Assembly (NCBI GenBank): GCA_963577165.1
Contig: CAUYYY010000001.1
Coordinates: 1 to 26,959, forward strand
DNA: 26,959 nucleotides
Direction of reading: 5' to 3'
Source of the DNA: Planctomycetota bacterium
GTDB lineage: Bacteria > Planctomycetota > Planctomycetia > Pirellulales > CAUYYY01
Below are positions 7,182 through 16,292 of the stretch, piece after piece. A program made the translations under genes and the position numbers. How positions within the stretch are numbered: the stretch's first letter is position 1; every line of letters starts with the position of its first letter. The notes below the pieces were generated by a model. It was not told the origin of the DNA and did no database searches. It saw nothing but the letters and a program-made list of their open reading frames with translations.

Positions 7182-8435
7182 ATGAAACGACGTGTTGTCG
7201 TCACAGGCATTGGTGCGGTTACGTCGCTGAGCTTGCAAGTCGAGGACCTCTGGAAGAGAATTCTAGCGGGTGAGAGTGGCGTTCATGCTCTGCGCTTGTT
7301 CGACACGGCGGAGTACAAGGTCCGCTTTGCCGGGGATATTTACGATTGGTCCCCGTCGGACGATTATTTCTCGCCGAAAGACGCCAGACGGATCGACCGC
7401 TTCGCGCAGTTCGCGATGGTCGCCGGCATCGATGCGGTGCGCGACTCGGGCATGGACTTCTCCCGCGAGAACCCGTTCCGTTGCGGGGTCATCCTGGGGT
7501 CGGGGATCGGCGGCCTCAACGAAATTGAGACCCAGGTCGAGCGACTACTGACCAAAGGGCCTGAAAAGGTTTCGGCCTTTACGGTTCCCAAGCTCATGGT
7601 TAACTCCGCGAGCGGACACGTCTCGATCCTGTACGGCCTGCGCGGACCGAATCACGCCATCGTAACCGCTTGTGCCAGCGCCACCAACGCGATGGGCGAC
7701 GCCTTGAAGGTGATCCAGTACGATGAAGCCGATGTGATGATCACCGGAGGATCCGAGGCGGCGGTCACGCAGATGGGCCTTAGCGGCTTCGCCAATATGA
7801 AGGCGCTCTCGATGCGGAACGACAACCCGGCGGTAGCCAGCCGGCCCTTTGACGCCGATCGGGACGGCTTTGTCCTGGCCGAAGGTGCCGGGCTGCTGGT
7901 CTTTGAGGAATTAGAACACGCCAAAGCACGCGACGCTCGGATCTACGCCGAAGTTCTGGGCTTCGGTGCCAGTGCCGATGCCGGGCATATCACCAAGCCC
8001 GATGCCGAAGGGGTCGGGGCGGCCAAGGCGATAAGCAATGCATTGGCCAACGCGAAGCTCGCGCCCGAGGCGGTCGACCACATCAACGCCCACGGCACGA
8101 GTACTCCGTTGGGCGACAGAGCGGAGACGGCCGCCATGAAGACCGTTTTCGGCGAACATGCCTATCGCATCGGCATTTCGAGCACCAAGAGCCAGTTGGG
8201 GCACACCTTAGGAGCAAGCGGCGGCATCGAGATAGTGCTTACGATGCTCGCTCTGCGGGACCAAGTCTGTCCGCCCACGATCAATTACGAAACGCCCGAA
8301 CCCGGCTGCGACCTGGACTATACGCCCAATGAACCCAGAGAGCGAAAAATTGCCGTCGCCATGAGCAACAGCTTTGGCTTTGGCGGTCACAACGCCTCCA
8401 TTCTCGTCGGCCAGCTACGCGACGGCACCGCGTAA
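7182..8435 (+). CDS. fabF: 3-oxoacyl-ACP synthase II
   Basis: Intact Cys-His-His triad (TACAS, NAHGTST, LGHTLGA), ASRPFD, SNSFGFGG. Confidence 0.97.
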   Translation: MKRRVVVTGIGAVTSLSLQVEDLWKRILAGESGVHALRLFDTAEYKVRFAGDIYDWSPSDDYFSPKDARRIDRFAQFAMVAGIDAVRDSGMDFSRENPFRCGVILGSGIGGLNEIETQVERLLTKGPEKVSAFTVPKLMVNSASGHVSILYGLRGPNHAIVTACASATNAMGDALKVIQYDEADVMITGGSEAAVTQMGLSGFANMKALSMRNDNPAVASRPFDADRDGFVLAEGAGLLVFEELEHAKARDARIYAEVLGFGASADAGHITKPDAEGVGAAKAISNALANAKLAPEAVDHINAHGTSTPLGDRAETAAMKTVFGEHAYRIGISSTKSQLGHTLGASGGIEIVLTMLALRDQVCPPTINYETPEPGCDLDYTPNEPRERKIAVAMSNSFGFGGHNASILVGQLRDGTA

Positions 8436-8441
8436 GGCAAA

Positions 8442-8585
8442 TACCAGCACGACGCGCAAGCGAGTGAGTCGTAGGGTGGGCCTCGTGTTACTCGGCCCAC
8501 CCTATATAAAACCCGCGTTTATCTGTGTCCATCCGCGGTTCCATCCCTTCCGCCTTTGCCCCAGTGTCTGAACCCTGAACCCTGA
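8442..8585. repeat. Mosaic of four short repeat types after fabF
   Basis: Family C arm 8442-8468; GTAG-type hairpin GTAGGGTGGGCC...GGCCCACCCTA 8471-8504; inverted family D unit ATCTGTGTCCATCCGCGGTTC 8521-8541; heptamer tandem CTGAACC x2.5 at 8568-8585. Confidence 0.8.
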
Positions 8586-8627
8586 TTTCTGCTAGCACTG
8601 ATCGCATCACATTCGCCGGCATCGCTA

Positions 8628-8656
8628 TTGCCGCGCTGGGCCGGGCTTCCTATACT
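8628..8656 (+). promoter_or_regulatory. Sigma70-type promoter for the 415-aa hypothetical
   Basis: TTGCCG (8628-8633), 17 bp, TATACT (8651-8656); AAGGAGG precedes ATG 8704. Confidence 0.6.
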
Positions 8657-8703
8657 CCCCGCCCGCGCAAAATCAACTGTCGACTCAGCAAGGAGGCTGA
8701 CGG

Positions 8704-9951
8704 ATGTTTGTCCGTAGACTGTTCGTTTTCACCGCTTCGGTTTCGCTGTCCATGGTGCTGGTCGGATCGTCGTTTTCCCAAGAGACGAGTTCTCAAGAGA
8801 CGGGCCAATGGCGGGCACCCCATCTCACCGACGATGAAAAAACAAACGACGGCGGTGATTCCAAGATCAAGCAAGCAAGCGGTGAAGAGCCGGCCGGTTC
8901 CCCATTGAGTCCGATCAAAGCACCGGCCCGGCAGCCGATCGCTCGCGTGACCAAAGGCTCGGGCACACTGCCGAACGACCACGGCCAGGTATGGCGAGAT
9001 TATGACATCACGCCCTACACGCTTCGTGTGACTTCCACCAATCGGCCGGAGCAAGCCATCGTCGATTGGATCTTGCGCGAGACCGGTTACGAAGCGTGGC
9101 ACAGTGAACCTTTGGGCCTACTGAGCGCCAGCAAGCGTAAGCTCAGCGTTTATCACACGCCCGAGATGCAAGCGGTGGTGGCCGATATTGTCGATCGCTA
9201 CGTCGGCAGCCAGGCGGAGACGCACGCTTTCAGCCTGCGGATTGTCACGATCGGCAATCCGAATTGGCGATCGAAAGCGATGCGGCTGATGAAACCGGTT
9301 CCTGTCCAGTCGCAGGGAGTTGAGGCCTGGTTACTGGCGAAGGAGAACGCCGCGCTCTTGCGGTCGGAGCTTCAGAAACGAACCGATTATCGTGAACACA
9401 GCTCACCGCACCTTCTGATCAACAACGGCCAGTCAACAGTTGTCTCGGCGATTCGTCCTCGAAAATACGTTCGCGGCATCATCCCGCGTGCAGACGCCTG
9501 GCCCGGATTCGAATCGCTGACCGGTCAGATCGACGAAGGCTATTCGTTGCAATTCAGCCCACTCGTATCCCTCGATGGACAAACTGTCGATGCGGTGATC
9601 AAGCTACGGCTTTGTCAGGTGGAAAAAATGCTTCCCGTCATGCTTGACGTCGCCACGCAGGTGGCGCCGCGTCAGCGGACACAGGTTCAAGTGCCACAAG
9701 TGACGCAGAGCAATCTGCACGAGCGATTCCGATGGCCGGTCCACGATGTGCTGCTTCTGAGCATGGGCGTGATTGCAACGCCGGGCCCCGCACGAGGCAA
9801 TTCATTCGCGGCCAGCCTGGCGATGCCAACCGCACCACCGCGGGCCGACGCTTTGCTCTTTGTCGAATGTAAGGGACACGTTGTGGGCGGGTCGCATAGC
9901 AACGCCTCGCAGGCGGCTCGGCCAGCCGGTGACTACACCCGGCGATATTAG
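8704..9951 (+). CDS. Exported hypothetical protein (signal peptide, low-complexity linker, possible secretin N-domain-like fold)
   Basis: Strong RBS, hydrophobic N-terminus, 415-aa open frame with its own promoter. Fold guess rests on pattern only (YDITPY ... LSVYHTPEMQAVVADIVDRYV). Confidence 0.75.
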   Translation: MFVRRLFVFTASVSLSMVLVGSSFSQETSSQETGQWRAPHLTDDEKTNDGGDSKIKQASGEEPAGSPLSPIKAPARQPIARVTKGSGTLPNDHGQVWRDYDITPYTLRVTSTNRPEQAIVDWILRETGYEAWHSEPLGLLSASKRKLSVYHTPEMQAVVADIVDRYVGSQAETHAFSLRIVTIGNPNWRSKAMRLMKPVPVQSQGVEAWLLAKENAALLRSELQKRTDYREHSSPHLLINNGQSTVVSAIRPRKYVRGIIPRADAWPGFESLTGQIDEGYSLQFSPLVSLDGQTVDAVIKLRLCQVEKMLPVMLDVATQVAPRQRTQVQVPQVTQSNLHERFRWPVHDVLLLSMGVIATPGPARGNSFAASLAMPTAPPRADALLFVECKGHVVGGSHSNASQAARPAGDYTRRY

Positions 9952-9994
9952 GCCGTGTCGGTACTCGCTATCGCATCTTTCTCGATACTGCTAG

Positions 9995-10014
9995 CCGCTC
10001 GCCGCGGCGAGCGG
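9995..10014. repeat. Perfect 20-bp palindrome CCGCTCGCCGCGGCGAGCGG
   Basis: Exact self-complement; shares the CCGCTCGC/GCGAGCGG arms seen at 4266-4382. Confidence 0.75.
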
Positions 10015-10039
10015 TTTAGCCCCGTTTCAACCGGCCCTG

Positions 10040-10068
10040 TTTCATTCGGTGCTGTTTGGCGATACAAT
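10040..10068 (+). promoter_or_regulatory. Candidate promoter for the FabF-like gene
   Basis: TTTCAT (10040-10045), 17 bp, TACAAT (10063-10068). Confidence 0.45.
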
Positions 10069-10153
10069 CGATGCCCACCAAACGAATGGGCAACAGGGGT
10101 CGCCAGGCGGCTCTTGCCCCCATCTTTCCTCGACGTGCGGAGTCCGCGCACCG

Positions 10154-11470
10154 ATGAATCCCCCGGCGAAGCGGCGTGTTGTTATTACCGGAATGGGTCT
10201 GATTAGCCCGTTGGGTCATTCGCCCGAGGATTTGTATGCTGCGCTGGTCGAGGGCCGTAGCGGTGTCGGCCCGCTCGAGCGCGTTCCGTCCGACCATTTG
10301 TCCACCTCGGTCGCGGCCGAAGCCCGTGAGTTTGACGCCAGCATCGATCAGTTTGGCTCGCTCAGTAAGGATCGCAAAAAGGCCGTCCGCAAGGCGCTCA
10401 AGGTCATGTGTCGCGAGACGCAGATGGGGGTTGCCTCGGCCCAGTTGGCCGCGGCCGACGCCGGATTTGTGGACGGTGGCATGGATCCGGAGCGGACCGG
10501 CGTGTTGTTCGGCTCCGACTACATGCTCACTGAGCCGGAAGAATTTGCGGCGGGCGTCCGAAAATGTGGCAGCGATGGGAAGTTCGATTACTCACGATGG
10601 GGCAGCGAGGGGCTCGACCAGATGTCGCCGCTATGGCTGCTCAAGTACCTGCCGAACATGCCGGCCAGCCACATCGCAATTTTTAATGACCTCCGCGGTC
10701 CGAACAATTCGATTACCCATCGCGAAGCGGCAAGCAATCTGGCGATCGGCGAGGCGATGCACATCATCCAGCGAGGCAGCGCCGACCGGATGCTGGCCGG
10801 GGCTACCGGCACTCGGGTACACCCGATGAAGACCGTCCACGCCGTGCAGACCGAACATCTAGCACGTGGTAACGGCGACCCCACCCGGGCCAGCCGACCG
10901 TTCGATCGTGATCGAACGGGCATGGTTATCGGCGAGGGCGCGGCGACTGTTGTGCTCGAAGAGCTGGAAATAGCTCGTAAGCGTGGAGCCAAGATCTACG
11001 CCGAAGTCGTCAGCGTCGGGTCTCGAATCGTGCTCGATCGCAATGGTCAGGCCCATCGCGATGTGGCGATGGCCGGGGCGATGCAGTCGTGCCTGGAACG
11101 AGCAGGCATGAGCCCGGACGATGTCGGACACATTCACGCCCACGGTCTAAGCACGCCCCAAAGCGACATCGAGGAGGCTCGGGCTATTCGCCAGGTCTTG
11201 GGTGATGCGGCCGACCGCACACCGGTCGTGGCGGCCAAGGCCAACTTTGGCAACCTCGGCGCTGGTAGTGGTGTGGCGGAGCTGATTGCCAGCGTCATGG
11301 CGCTCGGCAGCGGCAAGCTCTTTCCGGTGCTCAACTACCAGACGCCCGACCCCGAATGTCCGATCGCGGCGGTCACCTCGGCCGACGTGCCGGCGGGCGG
11401 CAGCTTTTTGAATCTGAGCACGACACCACAAGCCCAAGCTGCCGTGGTGCTGGTCCGGGCAATGGAGTAG
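10154..11470 (+). CDS. FabF-like ketosynthase-fold protein lacking the catalytic Cys (Glu-His-Asn)
   Basis: RRVVITGMG, ASRPFDRDRTGMVIGEGA and HIHAHG align with the fabF in this window. TACAS becomes HREAA, LGHT becomes FGNL, GFGG is absent. Start ATG 10154. Confidence 0.9.
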   Translation: MNPPAKRRVVITGMGLISPLGHSPEDLYAALVEGRSGVGPLERVPSDHLSTSVAAEAREFDASIDQFGSLSKDRKKAVRKALKVMCRETQMGVASAQLAAADAGFVDGGMDPERTGVLFGSDYMLTEPEEFAAGVRKCGSDGKFDYSRWGSEGLDQMSPLWLLKYLPNMPASHIAIFNDLRGPNNSITHREAASNLAIGEAMHIIQRGSADRMLAGATGTRVHPMKTVHAVQTEHLARGNGDPTRASRPFDRDRTGMVIGEGAATVVLEELEIARKRGAKIYAEVVSVGSRIVLDRNGQAHRDVAMAGAMQSCLERAGMSPDDVGHIHAHGLSTPQSDIEEARAIRQVLGDAADRTPVVAAKANFGNLGAGSGVAELIASVMALGSGKLFPVLNYQTPDPECPIAAVTSADVPAGGSFLNLSTTPQAQAAVVLVRAME

Positions 11471-11502
11471 GCCCTGCAGGGAACGACGTGCCGCCGTGGC
11501 GG

Positions 11503-11573
11503 CGGGGTCGGAGCCTACCGTGGTGGTGGCTCCGACCCCGGGGCCGTCGTCTCAGGCACCTTCCCCGCCACCC
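11503..11573. repeat. 13-bp GC hairpin fused to a diverged inverted family A copy
   Basis: CGGGGTCGGAGCC (11503-11515)/GGCTCCGACCCCG (11528-11540); 11539-11573 is the reverse complement of family A with 2 substitutions and 1 insertion. Confidence 0.8.
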
Positions 11574-11618
11574 ATCTCATTTTTCCCGAATCGTTACGTC
11601 GCACGACCTTGCCGGACC

Positions 11619-11647
11619 TTGACACCCTGTGAGGGCGGGGTTATTCT
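11619..11647 (+). promoter_or_regulatory. Near-consensus sigma70 promoter for nusA-infB-rbfA
   Basis: TTGACA (11619-11624), 17 bp, TATTCT (11642-11647). Confidence 0.75.
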
Positions 11648-11683
11648 TACCTGATTGGCGAGTTCGCTAAGTTCTGTTTGGCA

Positions 11684-11752
11684 AACGAGTTTCGGACATC
11701 TGAACGAACGAGTTTCGGACATCTGAACGAACGAGTTTCGGACATCTGAACG
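11684..11752 (+). repeat. Perfect tandem repeat, 3 x 23 bp (AACGAGTTTCGGACATCTGAACG)
   Basis: Units 11684-11706, 11707-11729 and 11730-11752 are identical. Confidence 0.97.
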
Positions 11753-11923
11753 AAAGTTCGGCCCGAATCCGCTGGTCGGTGTACAGCCATGACGCGGCCT
11801 TTGATCGGTCATGGTTGGGCCGATGCGGTACGTAGCCTGACGGCGTGCGATCCCGCGCAAAACAATTCGACAATTTGAAATGCCGCTCGGTGGGCGTCCT
11901 ACGCCGGGGAAAGTGATCGGACT

Positions 11924-13471
11924 ATGAATCCCTCCGAAGTATTGCGAATCGTTGACGCGATTCATCGCGACAAAAACATTGAGAAAGAGATCGTCTTCGA
12001 GGGCATCGAAGCGGCTTTAGTGTCTGCCGCGAAAAAGCACTACGGCGAAGAGCGAGAAATCATCGTCGAGATTAACCGCGAGAATGGTTCGATCTCCGGC
12101 AGTTGTGACGGCGAGCCGCTCGATCCGGAAGAGACCGTGGGCCGCATCGGGGCACAGACGGCTAAACAGGTGATGATTCAAAAGATTCGCGAGGCCGAAC
12201 GCGACGCCTTGTATGAAGAGTACCAGGAACTGCAGGGCCAGATGGTCACCGGCGTGATCCAGCGGTATGAGGGCGGTGCGGCGACCGTGGCGCTGTCGAA
12301 TGTCGAGGCCATCTTGCCCAAAGGTGAGCAGATCCCCGGCGAAACACATCACCCGAACGAACGCGTTCGTACCACCGTGTTCGAAGTCCGCAAGTCGGGC
12401 AGCCGAGTCAAAGTGATTCTCAGTCGAACCCGGCCGCAGTTGGTCCAGCGGCTGTTTGAACAAGAGATTCCCGAGATCGTAGATGGTGTGATCGAGGTGC
12501 GGGCCATGTCGCGCGAGCCGGGTTATCGTTCGAAGGTCGCCGTGATCAGCAGCGACCAGCGGGTCGACTGCGTTGGCGCATGTGTCGGCGTACGTGGGAA
12601 CCGCATCAAAAACATTGTTGACGAGTTGGCGGGCGAGCGGATCGATATTGTTCGCTGGAACGATGATCTTGAGATATTTATCCCCAACGCTTTGCAGCCG
12701 GCCGAAGTCGAACAGGTCATTCTTTGCAAGATGCTCGGCCGAGCCATTGTGTTGGTGCGTGAGGATCAGTTGTCGCTGGCGATCGGTCGCCGCGGCCAGA
12801 ACGTGCGACTGGCCAGCAAGCTCTCTGGCTGGGACATCGAGATCATGACCGAGGATGAACTGAACGAAAACATTGACCGTGCGGTCGGTGGGTTCAGCGC
12901 CTTGGAGGGTATTGACGAGGAGTTGGCTCAGCGACTGGTGGAAGAGGGATACCTGAGCTATGACGATCTGACGATCATCGAGCCGGATGCTCTTATGGAG
13001 ATGGGTTCGCTAACCGAGCAACAGGTTGACGATATTGTTGAACAAGCTGAGGTGAAAGCTGCCGAGGCGGAAGCCTCTGCGATCGAAGAACGCAAGCGAC
13101 GTCGCGAGCAGGAACGTATCGATGCCGCCACGGCCGCCGCGGAAGCAGCAGCGGCAGAAAAAGAAGCGGCAGAGCGTGGCGAAGGTGAAGAATCCGATGC
13201 GACCACGCCGGCTGAGGCCACTGACGAAGCGGCCACCGAGGAAGCCGTTGGTGAAACGGCGGAGGAACCCACCCCTGCCGAGGATGCTAATACTGGGGAT
13301 GTCCCTGCCGAGAACGCCGGTACCGAGCGTGCTCAAGCGGCGGTGTCCGAGAACGGGGAGTCCCGAGAGGACGGAGCGACAGGTGAGGCGGAGCCGCCCG
13401 CTGCCGAACCAAGTGGCCCCGTTGCCGAATCAAGTGGCGCAGAGAACACCGACCTGGAGAGCGCCACATAA
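11924..13471 (+). CDS. nusA: Transcription termination/antitermination factor NusA with acidic low-complexity tail
   Basis: [12 protein letters not shown]1 domain, KH motifs ([31 protein letters not shown]), C-terminal HhH-like repeat. Confidence 0.97.
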   Translation: MNPSEVLRIVDAIHRDKNIEKEIVFEGIEAALVSAAKKHYGEEREIIVEINRENGSISGSCDGEPLDPEETVGRIGAQTAKQVMIQKIREAERDALYEEYQELQGQMVTGVIQRYEGGAATVALSNVEAILPKGEQIPGETHHPNERVRTTVFEVRKSGSRVKVILSRTRPQLVQRLFEQEIPEIVDGVIEVRAMSREPGYRSKVAVISSDQRVDCVGACVGVRGNRIKNIVDELAGERIDIVRWNDDLEIFIPNALQPAEVEQVILCKMLGRAIVLVREDQLSLAIGRRGQNVRLASKLSGWDIEIMTEDELNENIDRAVGGFSALEGIDEELAQRLVEEGYLSYDDLTIIEPDALMEMGSLTEQQVDDIVEQAEVKAAEAEASAIEERKRRREQERIDAATAAAEAAAAEKEAAERGEGEESDATTPAEATDEAATEEAVGETAEEPTPAEDANTGDVPAENAGTERAQAAVSENGESREDGATGEAEPPAAEPSGPVAESSGAENTDLESAT

Positions 13472-13624
13472 AGGTCATCCACGGTATTCGCTCACTTGGT
13501 TGGCCGGACGTCGGTGTCTTATGTGGAGACGCATCAGGGAGATTTGATAATGACAGTTTAGCGATGACGGCGTCCGGCGCTGCGACGCAGTACGCCTCGC
13601 CGATGTAGAAACGGAGAGTGACGC

Positions 13625-16261
13625 TTGCCGGTTCGTATTTACGCACTTGCCAAAGAGCTCAAAGTTGACAGCAAAAAGCTGGTGGATTTGTGCGCTCAAG
13701 CGGGAATCCCCGACAAAGGGTCTGCGCTAGCTAGTCTCACAGACGACGAATCCTCTAGGGTAAGAGCCTTTATTAGTGGTGTCGGAAAGTCATCCGGCGC
13801 AAAGTCGTCCGGAGCGAGGGCCAAAGCTGGCTCAGCAGAGACCAAGCAGAAGCCGCCTGATACGGGGGCTGTTCGCCGTGAAGACTATGTCGGTCCGGCA
13901 GCCCCCGGTAAGATCCGCGATCTCGGCGACAAGTCGAAAACGGAACCTGCCGCCAACACCCCAAAGCCGCCAAAGAACGGTAACCGTGCCGGTCCAGCGA
14001 TCAAACTGGCACCGATGCCGGATGCAGGGCCCTTGCCAACCAACGGCCCCACGGAAGAGCCGGCGCCTCAGAAACCAGACCTCAAGCTCCCCGCCGATGC
14101 GATTCGAGCAAGTAAGGCGGGCAGTAAACCATTGGCGGCCCATCTGCGCCGACACGAAAACCGAGGACCGGAAAAACCACCGCCAAGCAAACCCAAAATG
14201 AAGGATGGCGCGGGCGGTCGCAGCAGGCCCGGTTTGCCGCTTTCTCCGCCGGAGTCTTCCAAGGATTCCGAGGCCCGTGGCCGCGGAAAGCGGAGTAAGG
14301 CAGCGCCAGAGAGTGAGTCGAAGACGGATGGCCAGAAGCGGCCTCTGCTGGGTGGCCGCGAGCAGCGTCAACTGAGGCGGAAACGGTCGCTCGACCGGTC
14401 GGCGCGAGGCGAAGAACATCGCTTTGGCCGTCGACCACGACGACCCAAACGTACCGGTGCGAACACCGCGGCTCCGCGCAAAGAAAATGTGACCGTTCAG
14501 TTACCTTGCACAGTTCGTACGCTTTCAGAAGCAGCCGGCGTGCCTGCCGCATCCATTCTGCGGATCCTATTGGGCGAGGGACTGATGGCGAACATCACGT
14601 CCGAGCTTGATCCGGAGATGACCGAATACATCACCGAGGAATTGAGTCTAAACGTCGAGTTTAAGGAGCCCATCAGTCGCGAAAATGAATTGCTTGCCAA
14701 GATTCGTCTGGACGAAGGCGATCCGTCGCAGCTCGTTGTGCGAGCGCCGGTTATCACTTTCCTAGGTCACGTCGACCATGGCAAGACGTCGTTGCTGGAC
14801 CGGATCATCGGCACCGATGTGGTTGGTGGCGAAAGCGGTGGAATTACCCAACACATCCGGGCTTATGAGATAGAAAAGAATGGGAAGCGGATTTCATTTG
14901 TCGACACGCCCGGTCATGAGGCGTTTACGGAGATGCGTGCCCGCGGGGCGAACGTGACCGATATTGCCGTCTTAGTCGTCGCTGCCGACGACGGGGTGAT
15001 GCCGCAGACGGAAGAGGCGATCAGCCACGCACGGGCGGCCGAGGTGCCGATCGTCGTGGCGCTCAACAAGACCGATTTGCCGGGCGTGGATATGAATCGT
15101 GCGATGCAACAATTGTCCGCAAACGATTTGCTGCCCAGCGAGTGGGGTGGTGACGTGGAGGTTGTCAAGACGAGCGCCATCACGGGAGACGGCATCGACG
15201 AACTGCTCGATACCCTGCTGACCGTCGCCGAACTGCACGACTTCAAGGCGAATCCGAACCGTGCGGCTTACGGGACCTGTCTCGAAGCGCAGCAAGAAGG
15301 TGGCCGGGGGGTGGTTGCCAAGTTGATCGTACAACAGGGGACACTGAGAATCGGCGATGTGATCGTATGCGGTCAGGCATTCGGGCGGATCAAAGCGATG
15401 TACGACGCCCTGCATCCCAGGGTAAAAGTTGCTGAAGCCGGACCAAGTACGCCCGTTAACGTGACAGGGTTCGACGAGGCGCCCGGTGCCGGCGAGCACT
15501 TTTACGTGCTCGATGATATTGCCGACGCCCGCGAAATCGCCGAAGACCGAGCCCATGCGGCCCGTGCAAATGTCCTGGGAGTCGGTCCACAGCATGTTAC
15601 ACTTGAAAATCTGTTTGAGCGTCTCGAAGGTGCGAGCGAAGTTCAAACGTTGAACATGATCCTGCGGGCAGATGTCCGCGGCTCGATCGAAGCCATTCAG
15701 AAGGAACTGACAAAACTGGAGCACCCCGAAGTCAAGATAAAGATACTCCAGGCGACGGTGGGCGGTGTCACCGAAGCGGACGTTCACCTGGCGGACGCAT
15801 CCGACGCGATCATCATCGGATTCAATGTCGTGCCAGGCGAAGGTGCTCGTTCCTTGGCCGAGAATCGCGGTGTGCAGATTCGCCGTTACGACGTCATTTA
15901 CAAAATAACCGATGATCTGAAAGCCGCGCTCGAAGGCATGCTCAAGCCCGAAGAACGCGAAGTCGAACTAGGACGCGCCTTAGTGCAGCTCGCCTACAAG
16001 ATCAGCCGCATTGGCACGGTGGCCGGCTGCCGTGTGCTTTCAGGCATGGTGCAGCGCAATGGCCGAGTGCGCATCATCCGCGACAACACAATCATCGGCG
16101 ACTATCCGATCGATACGCTCCGACGCGAGAAAGACGACGCCAAAGAAGTTCGCGAAGGGTTGGAGTGTGGCATCAAACTCAAGGGATTCAACGACGTGAA
16201 AGAGGCCGACATCCTAGAGGTTTATCGAATCGAGGAAGTGGGACGGAAATTTGACGATTAG
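13625..16261 (+). CDS. infB: Translation initiation factor IF-2
   Basis: RIYALAKEL N-domain, GHVDHGKT, DTPGHEAF, NKTD, GLECGI; follows nusA. Confidence 0.98.
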   Translation: MPVRIYALAKELKVDSKKLVDLCAQAGIPDKGSALASLTDDESSRVRAFISGVGKSSGAKSSGARAKAGSAETKQKPPDTGAVRREDYVGPAAPGKIRDLGDKSKTEPAANTPKPPKNGNRAGPAIKLAPMPDAGPLPTNGPTEEPAPQKPDLKLPADAIRASKAGSKPLAAHLRRHENRGPEKPPPSKPKMKDGAGGRSRPGLPLSPPESSKDSEARGRGKRSKAAPESESKTDGQKRPLLGGREQRQLRRKRSLDRSARGEEHRFGRRPRRPKRTGANTAAPRKENVTVQLPCTVRTLSEAAGVPAASILRILLGEGLMANITSELDPEMTEYITEELSLNVEFKEPISRENELLAKIRLDEGDPSQLVVRAPVITFLGHVDHGKTSLLDRIIGTDVVGGESGGITQHIRAYEIEKNGKRISFVDTPGHEAFTEMRARGANVTDIAVLVVAADDGVMPQTEEAISHARAAEVPIVVALNKTDLPGVDMNRAMQQLSANDLLPSEWGGDVEVVKTSAITGDGIDELLDTLLTVAELHDFKANPNRAAYGTCLEAQQEGGRGVVAKLIVQQGTLRIGDVIVCGQAFGRIKAMYDALHPRVKVAEAGPSTPVNVTGFDEAPGAGEHFYVLDDIADAREIAEDRAHAARANVLGVGPQHVTLENLFERLEGASEVQTLNMILRADVRGSIEAIQKELTKLEHPEVKIKILQATVGGVTEADVHLADASDAIIIGFNVVPGEGARSLAENRGVQIRRYDVIYKITDDLKAALEGMLKPEEREVELGRALVQLAYKISRIGTVAGCRVLSGMVQRNGRVRIIRDNTIIGDYPIDTLRREKDDAKEVREGLECGIKLKGFNDVKEADILEVYRIEEVGRKFDD

Positions 16262-16292
16262 ATTCGCGATAGCCGTTCACAGATCAGCAGAT

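Noticed and set aside
11471-11620. tRNA, SRP RNA or intrinsic terminator after the FabF-like gene
   Set aside because: No cloverleaf, T-loop or SRP loop motif; hairpins match repeat family A and lack an adjacent U-tract.
11684-11752. 23-bp repeats as plasmid iterons or oriC
   Set aside because: No rep or dnaA gene, no AT-rich unwinding element or DnaA boxes recognised, and they sit downstream of a strong promoter.
14972-15787. 271-aa ORF antisense to infB, and similar shadow ORFs over fabF, nusA, proS, DUF1573 and rnr
   Set aside because: Fully explained by codon bias of the real genes on the other strand or frame.
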